64,000 nucleotides of DNA. Source: Actinomycetota bacterium. Its GTDB lineage: Bacteria; Actinomycetota; AC-67. The stretch spans positions 1,455 to 65,454 of the forward strand of contig JBKHYG010000021.1 in NCBI GenBank assembly GCA_046565595.1, written 5' to 3'. The number at the start of each line of letters is the position of its first letter. Within the stretch, counting starts at the first letter, position 1. Below, piece by piece: positions 37,361 to 46,976 of this stretch. A program made the translations under genes and the position numbers. Under the pieces are notes generated by a model. It was not told where the DNA came from and did no database searches. It was given only the letters and a program-made list of their open reading frames with translations.

Positions 37361-39166
37361 CTAGAGGTACTGCCCCGTGTTTATGTTCTCGATGGACTTC
37401 GCACCCTTGTCGGTCTCACCCTGGCTGACGAGCGTACGGACATACACGATCCGTTCACCCTTCTTACCCGAGATCCGAGCCCAGTCATCGGGGTTGGTCG
37501 TGTTAGGCAGATCCTCGTTCTCCTTGAACTCCGCACGGATCGCGTGGATCAGGTCCTCGGTACGGATGCCCTTGATGTTGGTCTCGAGGAACCGCTTGAT
37601 CGCGTCCTTCTTGGCGCGCGCAACGATGTTCTCGATCATCGCACCCGAGTTGAAGTCCTTGAAGTAGAGGATCTCCTTATCCCCGTTGGCATAGGTCACC
37701 TCGAGGAAACGGTTGGAGTCGTCCTCGGCGTACATGCGCTCGACCGTCTCCTCGATCATGCGCTCGATCAACTTCTCGCGTCCGCCGGCGACCTGCGTCT
37801 CCTCCTCGGCGAGCGGTAGCCCTTCGGTCAGGTAGATCTTCAGGATCTGCGCCGCGCCGTCACGGTCGGGGCGTTCGATCTTGATCTTCACATCGAGTCG
37901 GCCTGGCCGAAGGATCGCGGGATCGATCATGTCTTCACGGTTGGAGGCGCCGATCACGATCACATTGCTCAGCGTCTCCACCCCGTCGATCTCGGCCAGC
38001 AGCTGCGGGACGATCGTGTTCTCCACATCGCTGCTGACACCGCTGCCTCGCGTGCGGAACAGCGAATCCATCTCATCAAAGAACACGATGACCGGATGGC
38101 CCTCGTCGCTCTTCTCCTTGGCGCGTTGGAATATCTCGCGGATCTGGCGTTCGGTCTCGCCGACATACTTGTTCAGCAGTTCGGGGCCCTTGATGTTCAG
38201 GAAGTACGCCTTGCCGCTGTGCTCGTCGTTCGCATCAGCCATCCGCTTCGCCAGCGAGTTCGCCACCGCTTTCGCGATCAAGGTCTTGCCGCATCCCGGT
38301 GGCCCGTACAGCAGCACACCCTTGGGTGGCTTGAGCTCATGTTCGACGAACAGTTCGGCATGCAGGAACGGCAACTCGACCGCATCCATGATCTGTTCGA
38401 TCTGCGGACCCAGTCCGCCGATGTCCTCGTAGGAGATATCTGGAACCTCTTCCAGGACCAGTTCCTCGACCTCGGCTCTCGGGAGTCGCTCGTAGGCGTA
38501 TGCGCTGCGAGGTTCGACCATCAACTTGTCCCCGGCCTTCAACGGCAGATGCTGCAGAGGTTCGGCCAGGTAGACGACCCGCTCGTCGTCGGTGTGTCCT
38601 ACGACGATGGCACGCTCGGTATCGAGGACCTCTTTGAGGCTCATCACCTCACCGACCATCTCGAAGCCGACCGCCGCGACAGCGTTCATCGCCTCGTTCA
38701 AGATGACCTCTTGGCCTCGAGCCAGGCTCTTCGGGTCTAGGTCCACGGCGACATTGACCCGCAGTTTGCGGCCGGAAGTGACGATGTCGATGCTTCCATC
38801 CTCGTTCGTCTGAAGGTAGACGCCGAACCCCGATGGGGGTTGCGTCAGTTTCTCGACCTCATCCTTCAGCGCCTCGACCTGCTCACGGATCTCGGTTAGA
38901 GCACCGACGAGCCGCTCGTTCTGAGACTGCGCGCGCACCAGCCGTTCCCGCGTGTCATCCAGCCGTTGCTCGAGGAGTCGTACCTCGCGGGCGGGCGTTC
39001 CTAGGCGCTCGCGGAGGAGCTCAGCCTCTTCGCGCAGCTGGTCGACCTCGTGCTGGAGTTCGGCGACGCGGTCGCGGTCACCGTCTGCTCCAGGCTCTTG
39101 ACGCCTTGCCACGGCTGCTCCTCTCCGTCGGATCGGTCGAACCGACATGATGACTCGATCCGGCAA
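37361..39166 (-). CDS. arc: proteasome-associated AAA+ ATPase ARC/Mpa
   Basis: N-terminal coiled coil, Walker [10 protein letters not shown]-terminal GQYL; exact start uncertain. Confidence 0.9.
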   Translation of the reverse strand: MPDRVIMSVRPIRRRGAAVARRQEPGADGDRDRVAELQHEVDQLREEAELLRERLGTPAREVRLLEQRLDDTRERLVRAQSQNERLVGALTEIREQVEALKDEVEKLTQPPSGFGVYLQTNEDGSIDIVTSGRKLRVNVAVDLDPKSLARGQEVILNEAMNAVAAVGFEMVGEVMSLKEVLDTERAIVVGHTDDERVVYLAEPLQHLPLKAGDKLMVEPRSAYAYERLPRAEVEELVLEEVPDISYEDIGGLGPQIEQIMDAVELPFLHAELFVEHELKPPKGVLLYGPPGCGKTLIAKAVANSLAKRMADANDEHSGKAYFLNIKGPELLNKYVGETERQIREIFQRAKEKSDEGHPVIVFFDEMDSLFRTRGSGVSSDVENTIVPQLLAEIDGVETLSNVIVIGASNREDMIDPAILRPGRLDVKIKIERPDRDGAAQILKIYLTEGLPLAEEETQVAGGREKLIERMIEETVERMYAEDDSNRFLEVTYANGDKEILYFKDFNSGAMIENIVARAKKDAIKRFLETNIKGIRTEDLIHAIRAEFKENEDLPNTTNPDDWARISGKKGERIVYVRTLVSQGETDKGAKSIENINTGQYL

Positions 39167-39189
39167 GATCTGGTCATCGATGCGAACGA

Positions 39190-40011
39190 TTATAGGTTCG
39201 GGTCCGTTCCATCCCGGCTTGAGGGAGCATCCGTACCGGCCAGTAACCGGGCGATGGTCAGGAAGCCCGTGTGCCCAACCATCCGATGATCAGGACGAAC
39301 GCTGCGTCCTTCCACATGCCAGGTGCGTATGAGAGTTTCCGAAGTGATTATGTCGATGAAGCCCAGACGGCGCAGGGTGGCGACCGTCTCTTGCACCTGG
39401 GTGGTCGAGGGCACATAGGCGCAGAAGATGCCTCCGGGCCGCAGCAGCACCTCCGCACGCTCGGCGACGCGCCAAGGCTCGGGCAGGTCAAGGACCACTC
39501 GATCGCTCGGTTCGCTCGGCTCGTAACTGGTGATATCTCCGACCAGCAACTGCAGTTCGTCCGGGACCGAACCGAGCATCGCGACGATGTTCGACTCGGC
39601 CCTGCGGGCATGATCCTCACGCTGCTCGAGGCTCACGACCCTCCCGTTCGGGCCGACCGCGCGCACCAGCGCCATCGTCAACGCCCCGCTGCCGGTGCCG
39701 GCCTCCAAGACGGACACCCCCGGTGCGATGTCCGCTCCGACGATGATGCTGCCGATATCCTTGGGGTAGACGACCTGAGCGCCACGCGGCATCTTCACGA
39801 TGACATCGCTGAGCGTCGGACGCACGACCGTAACCTTGCTTCCACCCGACAGCGTCAGCCTGGTGCCCTCTTCGATCCCGATGACATCATCATGGGATAC
39901 GAATCCTGCGTGCGTGTGGAACTGCTGCCCCTTCTTCAGGGTCACCAGGTAGCGCCTGTCTCTGCCATCCAGGAACAGCGCTCGTTCGCCATCACGCAGA
40001 GGGCCTCTCAT
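39190..40011 (-). CDS. trmI: tRNA (adenine58-N1)-methyltransferase TrmI
   Basis: Start at MRGPL (40011); SAM-binding [15 protein letters not shown]; syntenic downstream of arc. Confidence 0.8.
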   Translation of the reverse strand: MRGPLRDGERALFLDGRDRRYLVTLKKGQQFHTHAGFVSHDDVIGIEEGTRLTLSGGSKVTVVRPTLSDVIVKMPRGAQVVYPKDIGSIIVGADIAPGVSVLEAGTGSGALTMALVRAVGPNGRVVSLEQREDHARRAESNIVAMLGSVPDELQLLVGDITSYEPSEPSDRVVLDLPEPWRVAERAEVLLRPGGIFCAYVPSTTQVQETVATLRRLGFIDIITSETLIRTWHVEGRSVRPDHRMVGHTGFLTIARLLAGTDAPSSRDGTDPNL

Positions 40012-40781
40012 CGTGGGTCGTCGCCTCCTTCGGTCTCTTCGGCCACACCTGCAGCGGAGAACAGGAAGGTGCCGATCAGCATCGTCCATAGACCCCCTGC
40101 GTCCGGGCTCGATCCGCGCCCCAGAGGTTCGAGCAGAACGAAGACGCCAAGCACGATCAGTCCCGTGGCGAAGGCTCGAGCTACGCGGGCGGCCCAGCGG
40201 GTTGCGCGGCCTCGTGCCCCGGTCACACGCCAAAGTATCGAACGCAGGATGCGCCCTCCATCCATCGGGAACGCAGGGATCAGGTTGAACACGGCGAGGG
40301 CGAGGTTGATCCACGCGTAGGCGCCCCAAGCGCCGCTCAGTCCCTCGGCTGCGGGCTCCAAGGTGCGCGCGATACCCGCGAGCGTGGTCGCTACGACCAG
40401 AGAGAGGATCGGGCCAGCGATCGCGACCTGATATTCGATCTGGGGCCGCTTGGCTAGCCCCACGATCTGACTGACGCCTCCGAAGGCGAACAGCGTGATC
40501 TGGTCACATCTCATGCCGTGGGCGCGTGCTACGAGAGCATGTGCAAGCTCGTGGGCCACGATGCTGGCTGCTACCGGGATCACCGAGACGAGGGCAGCGA
40601 CGACCAACACCGTCCTAGATGAGCCGCGGAACAGCGGCAGCGCGATCACGGGGTAGGTGAACAGCGTCAGGATCATGACGCTCAGCAACCACGAAGGATG
40701 GATGACCAGCGGGATGCCGGAGAGGCTGAAGAGGCGGAAGCCCTCGGCGGGCGGCCGCGGGGAGCGCGGTCCCTTCGCCAT
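40008..40781 (-). CDS. M50-family (site-2 protease-like) integral membrane zinc metalloprotease
   Basis: Multi-TM protein; HELAHAL within a TM helix; FPMDGGR motif. Confidence 0.6.
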   Translation of the reverse strand: MAKGPRSPRPPAEGFRLFSLSGIPLVIHPSWLLSVMILTLFTYPVIALPLFRGSSRTVLVVAALVSVIPVAASIVAHELAHALVARAHGMRCDQITLFAFGGVSQIVGLAKRPQIEYQVAIAGPILSLVVATTLAGIARTLEPAAEGLSGAWGAYAWINLALAVFNLIPAFPMDGGRILRSILWRVTGARGRATRWAARVARAFATGLIVLGVFVLLEPLGRGSSPDAGGLWTMLIGTFLFSAAGVAEETEGGDDPR

Positions 40782-40903
40782 GTGGGCGATGTTAGTCGCC
40801 TGCTGAGGTGGGTTCCGCGGGATCCGCGGCGATCTAGTTCCTTTCAGGGCCGCGCCAGGTCCTCACTTCGAACCGGCCGCACACCCCGCTAGAACCCTGC
40901 CCC

Positions 40904-41680
40904 TCAGAGTTTCTGCCAGATCACCAACACGCCGGCGATGTCTCCGGCATCGAGGGTCCGCATATGCGTGCTCCCCCGGTAGGTCCATCTGTACATGGTC
41001 TGTGTGTGTCGCCCCGCGTCACTTAGCGCGAAGGGCCAAGAGGTCGTCTTATTGCCGATGTCGTCGAGTCCCAGGGCGTGCCCGAGCTCATGGGTGATGA
41101 CCGATTGGACATCTAGCCATGCTGCCGTCGCAGTGCCGATGGTGCCACTGGCTTCGCCCGCTAGTGCTTCGACGCCGGAAGCCTGCTTCCAGGTCTCGGT
41201 CTTGTTCAAGACGATGTCTACCTCGACGATCGAGTGGGCAGCTCGACCTGAGGATCCTTCGAACCAGATGCAAGCGACCGCAGCCGCCCCAGGTATCCCG
41301 CAACTGTTCGGGTTCCCCCAGGAGATCGTGTTCTTCCCATCGCGACCGAAGCCGCTGCTGGTCGTCCCACCGTAGGTGAAAGCGTTCCCGGAGGGCCATG
41401 CCATGTTCCACGCATCGAGCGAGCCTTCGACCGCAGCGAGGAAGTCTGCGTTCGCTACCTTGGATCCGCTGGTATCTGCGAGGAAACTCATCGGCACGGA
41501 GGCCGGATACTCGCGGCAGGTTCGGAACAGAAGGCCTGGCGTGTCGGGCGTGCATTCGTGTGAGGCCTTCACGGCGCCGGTGGCCGATCCGAGCACAGCC
41601 GTCGGTGCCGCCGCTAGAGCGAGGACCGCAAGCCCAGCGACCATCCTGGTCGCGAACTTGGAGGTACTGCGCTCTGTCAT
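40904..41680 (-). CDS. secreted metzincin (matrixin-like) zinc metalloprotease
   Basis: Signal peptide; HELGHALGLDD zinc motif followed by a Met-turn TMY. Confidence 0.6.
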   Translation of the reverse strand: MTERSTSKFATRMVAGLAVLALAAAPTAVLGSATGAVKASHECTPDTPGLLFRTCREYPASVPMSFLADTSGSKVANADFLAAVEGSLDAWNMAWPSGNAFTYGGTTSSGFGRDGKNTISWGNPNSCGIPGAAAVACIWFEGSSGRAAHSIVEVDIVLNKTETWKQASGVEALAGEASGTIGTATAAWLDVQSVITHELGHALGLDDIGNKTTSWPFALSDAGRHTQTMYRWTYRGSTHMRTLDAGDIAGVLVIWQKL

Positions 41681-41690
41681 GTCGGTTCCG

Positions 41691-41849
41691 TCAGCGGGTC
41701 GCGAGCATCGTCTCGACGGCGTTCAGAGCCTTCGAGCGCACACGCTCTAGCCGCAGCATCGCCTCGGCGAGCCGGCGGTCGAGGTCGTCATCGTTCGGGC
41801 GCGCGAAAGCCTCCTGCGCTGAACGCTGGTTGCGATCCCTCTCAGTCAT
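41691..41849 (-). CDS. putative small ORF (52 aa) immediately upstream of the metzincin gene
   Basis: ATG 41849 ... TGA 41691-41693, 10 nt before the metzincin ATG; MTERDRNQRSAQEAF...; below the ORF-track size cut-off; speculative. Confidence 0.25.
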   Translation of the reverse strand: MTERDRNQRSAQEAFARPNDDDLDRRLAEAMLRLERVRSKALNAVETMLATR

Positions 41850-42154
41850 ATTCCCCATCTCCCCATCAGTGCCCCGAAGGGCTGTCGGTCACGGTGCCTT
41901 CGCTCCTCCCATGAGCTGGGGTCCGTGTTCCCTCTCGACACTGATAACGAGCCCGAGGCTTGAGCGTTCGGGGTGCGTGCAAGGAGTTTCGCAGAAAGGT
42001 TCCTCACGAAAGGGAACATCCCTGCTTCCGAGACATCTCGGGTGTGCACCGCCGTGAGCGAGGATCTTCGCGGAAACCGACATCAACACCGCGGAAGCGG
42101 TCCCCGTGGGGACCGCTTCCAACTTCTGCGCACCACCGCAGAGGTTCTTGGTGG

Positions 42155-43216
42155 TTAGAGGGTTGCCGAAGCGCACACCTCGTCGGTCTGGCCTAGCAGG
42201 GCTTCGAGTTCGTACTGGCCCGGCAGTTGGCATCCGTAGGACTTAGCTCCCTGAACCGCCTTGCCCGCTGGCTGATCGCTGCCCTTGTTGCCGCCATCGT
42301 CGGTGGCACCCTTGTCGGTGGTCGAGCCGTGATCAGTAGACGTGGTCGTGGAAGTCGTTCCTGTGGTGGGTTCGCTCACCGTCGGCGCAGATCCGGGTGC
42401 GGTCGGAGCTGTCGGAGCAACCTCGCTGAGGATCCTCGAGAGCGTACCTTCGTCGGTGATACCGAGCGCCTTGGCGACTGCCTGCGTCAAGGAGCGGCTG
42501 GCGTCCATGGCGCGATCGAAGGCTTCGGTCGCTTCTGGTGCCAGTACAGGCGCAGACTTGGCGAGCAGCGCTTCGGTCTCGGCAGCCTTGGCTGCGAAGC
42601 CGGCCAGACGCTCAGAGTCGTTCTCTCCGACGACCGTCTGCTCGGCACGGCTGATCTCGTAGGCGGCCATGTCGAGAGCCTGACCGACCAAGGAACTGTC
42701 AGCACCCAGGGCCACCAGTTGCTCTGCCTCCCAGATGTGTTCTGCAGCGAAGCCCAGACGACGGTCTGCGTCGGCGAAGGCGTCACCGAACAGAGCGATC
42801 TGAGCGGCGTGGATCTTCTGCTTGAGTCCGTAGAAGGGGCTGCCCGGCAGCGCCTTGGCTGCGGCCAGCACCGGGAAGGCGCTGAGGGTCATGGCGGCTG
42901 CGATCGCGACGATCGAGCGGCGCATGGCGACGCGACGACGCGGCAGTGAGACCACGACATCGATCACCGGCTCGGTTTCGACCGGGGTCTCGGGCTCGAC
43001 GAGGCGCAGCGAGGGACGCCCTGTCGGGGCCTGCTCGAAGGCTTCGTTCATCAGACGCTGCTCGAGCGCGTTCGCGAAGACCGGATCGATCTGAGGATCC
43101 GGCAGGTTGCGTAGCGCGTCAGCGACAGCCAGCAGATCGGCCGTCTCGCGGTCGTATACCGACGCCCGACCGTCTAGGGCCAGCGCCAGCGCGACTTCAC
43201 CGTTGATGTTACTCAT
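42155..43216 (-). CDS. membrane-spanning anti-sigma factor with extracytoplasmic DUF5667-like domain
   Basis: TM IVAIAAAMTLSAFPVLAAA; PGSPFYGLKQKIH motif; Thr/Ser-rich tail; ATGA overlap with the sigma factor stop. Confidence 0.55.
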   Translation of the reverse strand: MSNINGEVALALALDGRASVYDRETADLLAVADALRNLPDPQIDPVFANALEQRLMNEAFEQAPTGRPSLRLVEPETPVETEPVIDVVVSLPRRRVAMRRSIVAIAAAMTLSAFPVLAAAKALPGSPFYGLKQKIHAAQIALFGDAFADADRRLGFAAEHIWEAEQLVALGADSSLVGQALDMAAYEISRAEQTVVGENDSERLAGFAAKAAETEALLAKSAPVLAPEATEAFDRAMDASRSLTQAVAKALGITDEGTLSRILSEVAPTAPTAPGSAPTVSEPTTGTTSTTTSTDHGSTTDKGATDDGGNKGSDQPAGKAVQGAKSYGCQLPGQYELEALLGQTDEVCASATL

Positions 43217-43980
43217 CGTTCACCATCCGATACCCCATAACGAGCCGCTTCGGATTCCGTTACGTCTCCGGTTCGGCCGTTGGTGGATTCCCGAACTCCG
43301 GAAGGGTTGATGCCCCACTCGGTCGGGTCCACGATCTGGTGTTTGACCAGGACTTTCTGCAAACTCTTGAGACCCCGGAACTGCAATGTCCGGATGGTCC
43401 CTTCCTTCTTACCTAGGGCTTCTGCGACCTCAGAGACCTCCATGCCTTGGAGGAACCTCATGGTCACGACATCACGCTGATCGGGTGATAGGTGCTGGAT
43501 CGCCTTGACGACCTCGCCCTGCTCGATCCCGGCCACGACCTCATCTTCGGTGGTCTCGGTTGCCCCCATCGAGGCTTCCGGGAACTTCTCGGAGAGCTGT
43601 TCGAGACGGTTGCGAGCTGACTTGGCGTTGTCGTAGATCAGGTTCCTGGCTATCCGCACCAGCCAGGCGCCGAAATCTGCGCCGGTTACCTTGTAGTCGC
43701 CGATCTTGCGGAGCGCCCTGACGAAGGTCTCGCCGGTCATGTCCTCGGCCATCGCCTTGTTGCCGTTCAGGCGGTAGTAGAGGAACTTGTAGACGGTCGG
43801 CAGGTATGCGCGGTAGAGCGCGGCGAAGGCTTCCTTGTCGCCCTCTCGAGCGCGTTCCACCAGGTCAACGACCTCTGGGCTTCCCGCTTCGACCTGGACG
43901 GCCCGCAACGACGACTGGACCGGGCGGCTCGAGGCTTGCGCCTCCGCTCCGGTCTCGATCGTTGCGGTCTCTTGCGTCAT
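43213..43980 (-). CDS. ECF-family RNA polymerase sigma factor
   Basis: Sigma-70 region 2 (FAALYRAYLPTVYKFLYYRL...AEDMTGETFVRAL) and region 4 (LSPDQRDVVTMRFLQGMEVSEVAEALG); start uncertain. Confidence 0.8.
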   Translation of the reverse strand: MTQETATIETGAEAQASSRPVQSSLRAVQVEAGSPEVVDLVERAREGDKEAFAALYRAYLPTVYKFLYYRLNGNKAMAEDMTGETFVRALRKIGDYKVTGADFGAWLVRIARNLIYDNAKSARNRLEQLSEKFPEASMGATETTEDEVVAGIEQGEVVKAIQHLSPDQRDVVTMRFLQGMEVSEVAEALGKKEGTIRTLQFRGLKSLQKVLVKHQIVDPTEWGINPSGVRESTNGRTGDVTESEAARYGVSDGER

Positions 43981-44184
43981 CGATCCGAATCCCCTCAGCG
44001 ACCCTCGGGTCGCCCCTCGGTCCTTCCGATCCCTCGTGCGAAAGGTCCACCGGTTACCCGGCTTGCTCTTGAAACGAGTATGACGGACTCCGGTTACGGG
44101 GTCACGCAGGAAAATCTGTTCCGCGGCACATCTTTCCTCGTCGCGGCATGCGTCAGCAGATGTCCGGGTTGCCGGCGATGAGCC

Positions 44185-45012
44185 CTATGCGAACCAGGCG
44201 AGCAGGCAATCGCGGATCAGTTCGGCCGCAACGACAGGGCTGAGGCCGCTGGGATCTATAGGCGGGGCGACCTCTACGATGTCGAAACCGACGATGTTGT
44301 TCCCTGTCAAGGCCAACAGCGCGGCCCGGAGCTCTCTGTAGCTTGGACCACCAGGCTCAGGTGTGCCGGTACCCGGCAGGATGCTCGGATCGAGCACATC
44401 CATGTCCAGCGATACGAAGAGCGGGCGTCCAGACATCTGCTGGCGGAACTCCAGCGGGATCTCGAGGTCGGGCCCGAACCCGGTCAGAAGCTTCGGAGCG
44501 TCGGAGTATTCCTCTCGGCTGCCGCTGCGAACCCCGAGAACGCAGGTGGGACCGGCGGCTGCCATATGGCGCGAACCGCAAGCATGGGAAAGCGGAGTCC
44601 CGTCGTATTCGGCGCGCAGGTCCATGTGGGCGTCGTAGACGAGGTGGACCAGGTCCGGGTAGACCTCACGGAGGCCTCGGGAGGTTCCGATCGAGATCGA
44701 ATGGTCGCCCCCGATCGTGAGCACGGTCGCGCCGGTCCGGGCCAGAAGTTCGGTGGCATCGGCGATGCGATCGATGGCCGTCACATCGTCACAGCCCGCC
44801 AGATCGATATCGCCTGCATCGGCGATGTCTAGATCCTGGAGATCCTTCCCGCTGATCGGCGAATAACTCTCGATCGAGTCGCTCGCCTCTCGAACCGCTG
44901 CGGGAGCGGCTGCTGCTCCCCTCCGATACGAGGTCGCTTCATCCCAGGGCGCCCCTTGGATGACCGCCCTAGCGGGATCCTGGCCTACCGCGCGGGCCTC
45001 CAGATACCTCAT
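44185..45012 (-). CDS. speB: agmatinase (arginase/ureohydrolase family)
   Basis: Mn-binding motifs GGDHSIS, DAHMDL, SLDMDVLDP; start at MRYLEA. Confidence 0.8.
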   Translation of the reverse strand: MRYLEARAVGQDPARAVIQGAPWDEATSYRRGAAAAPAAVREASDSIESYSPISGKDLQDLDIADAGDIDLAGCDDVTAIDRIADATELLARTGATVLTIGGDHSISIGTSRGLREVYPDLVHLVYDAHMDLRAEYDGTPLSHACGSRHMAAAGPTCVLGVRSGSREEYSDAPKLLTGFGPDLEIPLEFRQQMSGRPLFVSLDMDVLDPSILPGTGTPEPGGPSYRELRAALLALTGNNIVGFDIVEVAPPIDPSGLSPVVAAELIRDCLLAWFA

Positions 45013-45944
45013 CCCTGACGGCCTTCCTGGCGCCGAGCCTCCTCTGGGGTCGGGCCGAACAGGTGTGGGGGATCGTCGCTGGAGAGGATCTCGCGCACGA
45101 ACATGGGTAGAGCGAAGCACGCTTCGACCAGGGGTGGGCTCACATACCGCAGGCCCGTGATGCCTCGCATCTCAAGGCGATCCTCGACCTCGGGGGCGGG
45201 CGGGATCTCGTCGGCTCGGCTGAGCAGGTAGGACCAGCCCGTGCCGGGATATGTGGGCACATTGCCCATGTAAAGGCAGACCTCGGGGAAGGCGGCCTTC
45301 ATGGAACGGTAGGCGCGTTGGAGTTCGGCCTGGTGGAAATACACCCCGCCGGCTTGGGCGGCGAGGATCCCGTCGACCTCGAGTCGCTGCTCTGCTGTCT
45401 TGTAGAACTCCTCGGTGAACAGGCCCTCGCCGGGTCCGACCGGGTCGCTCGAATCGATGATGATCGCGTCGAACATCTCGTCGGTGTCGCGAAGGAACGC
45501 GATCCCGTCGTCGAACCGGACCTCAGCTCTCGGATCGTTCCAGGCGTTGGCCCCCAGCGAAGGCATGAACTCCTTGCAGACCTCGGTGACCCGCTGGTCG
45601 ATCTCGATCATCAAGACGCGCTCCACGCAAGAGTGGCGCAACACTTCGCGCAAGGTCCCGCCGTCACCACCGCCGATTATCAGCACCGACTTCGGCTCGG
45701 GATGGATCAGCAGAGGGACATGGACGAGCATCTCGTGGTAGCAGAACTCGTCTCGTTCGGTGGTCTGTACCAGGCCGTCGAGGATCAGTATCCGACCGAA
45801 GGCCGGATTGTCGAAGATCTCGATGAGCTGGAAGGGGCTCTGTTCGCGGTGGACCGGTTGCCCGTCGAACCGATAGTGGAATCCGTCAACGCCGGTCTCG
45901 CCGTAATCGCCCGAAGCTCCGCTGGTCGCCTTGGTTCCGCTCAT
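45009..45944 (-). CDS. speE: spermidine synthase (aminopropyltransferase)
   Basis: LIIGGGDGGTLREVLRH, IIIDSSDPVGPGEGLFT. Confidence 0.85.
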   Translation of the reverse strand: MSGTKATSGASGDYGETGVDGFHYRFDGQPVHREQSPFQLIEIFDNPAFGRILILDGLVQTTERDEFCYHEMLVHVPLLIHPEPKSVLIIGGGDGGTLREVLRHSCVERVLMIEIDQRVTEVCKEFMPSLGANAWNDPRAEVRFDDGIAFLRDTDEMFDAIIIDSSDPVGPGEGLFTEEFYKTAEQRLEVDGILAAQAGGVYFHQAELQRAYRSMKAAFPEVCLYMGNVPTYPGTGWSYLLSRADEIPPAPEVEDRLEMRGITGLRYVSPPLVEACFALPMFVREILSSDDPPHLFGPTPEEARRQEGRQG

Positions 45945-46324
45945 CGCGCAACCGGCATCCGGTCAGGAAGGATCCCGCGCTTGATCTCCTGGACCTCGAC
46001 CGTGCCTGGTTCGAAATGAGCTTTGAGCGTTGCCAGCCCCGCGTCATAGTCCATGTTCGGCCCGCAGGTGAACATGTCGATGGCGGCGTAGCCATGCTCG
46101 GGCCAGGTGTGGATCGTCAGGTGACTCTCGGCGAGGATGCAGACCCCCGAGTATCCACCGTTCGGGAACGGAACCATCCGCGTATCCAGCAGCGTCGCCC
46201 CGGTAGCACGGACGGTGGCGATCAACGCCTCCTCCCCTGCCTGCGGGTCGTCCAGGAGTTTCGCGTCCCAGAGTTCGATCAGCATGTGCTGTCCCAGCGT
46301 TTGCATCACCGTCACCCCCTCCAC
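45941..46324 (-). CDS. speH: S-adenosylmethionine decarboxylase proenzyme (pyruvoyl-dependent)
   Basis: ESHLTIHTWPE self-processing serine motif; about 125 aa. Confidence 0.8.
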   Translation of the reverse strand: MEGVTVMQTLGQHMLIELWDAKLLDDPQAGEEALIATVRATGATLLDTRMVPFPNGGYSGVCILAESHLTIHTWPEHGYAAIDMFTCGPNMDYDAGLATLKAHFEPGTVEVQEIKRGILPDRMPVAR

Positions 46325-46785
46325 CAGAGCACCGCAGCAGCGATCGCGGCTCCGATCTTCTGCACCGTGTGCTCGCTTGTAGCGAACCTGACTTCGTAGT
46401 CCGTGAAACCACGGACACGCATGCCCTCCTCGACCATGAGGGAGCAGCGTTTCTCTATCTCACCGGCTGTCTCGTCGACGCCGTGAGCCTCCATGATGAC
46501 GCCGCCCTGGGGCGTCCAACCAACCCCGATGCATGCCGAGATGACCTGGCCGGGGGTGGTAGAGACCTGCTCTGCGTACGCCGTTGGCGTCAACGAGCCG
46601 TACGGCAGGTCGGGTAGTTCAGCGAAAACCGCGCCGGTCGGCACGATGGATGAGACCCTGATGAGGTTCACATCACCGATGCGTCCAGCGCGGAGCGCGT
46701 TATCGAAAGCGGTTAGTTCAGACTCGCCTTCCGCCGCACCAGCGGCGAGACAGACGATGTTCGGGTTCTGGTTGAACAATTCCAC
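46312..46785 (-). CDS. pdaD: pyruvoyl-dependent arginine decarboxylase
   Basis: GTG at 46785 with upstream GAAGGGGG Shine-Dalgarno-like sequence; ELTAFDNALRAGRIGDVNLIRVSSIVP matches the PdaD family. Confidence 0.7.
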   Translation of the reverse strand: MELFNQNPNIVCLAAGAAEGESELTAFDNALRAGRIGDVNLIRVSSIVPTGAVFAELPDLPYGSLTPTAYAEQVSTTPGQVISACIGVGWTPQGGVIMEAHGVDETAGEIEKRCSLMVEEGMRVRGFTDYEVRFATSEHTVQKIGAAIAAAVLWWRG

Positions 46786-46976
46786 CCCCCTTCGTGGGGC
46801 CTCGCAGCGGAAGCGAGGAGGCCGGACAGGGAAGAACCCGGCCGGGCTGGCCGGGCTCTGCACAACGGTCGGCAATTATGAAGCATCCTGGGGGGTCGCG
46901 CAAGCACGCCGACCCAGGCAGACCAGCCGCATCCTGGTCACTATGTCCTGGTCACCGGGCCGGCACTCGCGAGCTC

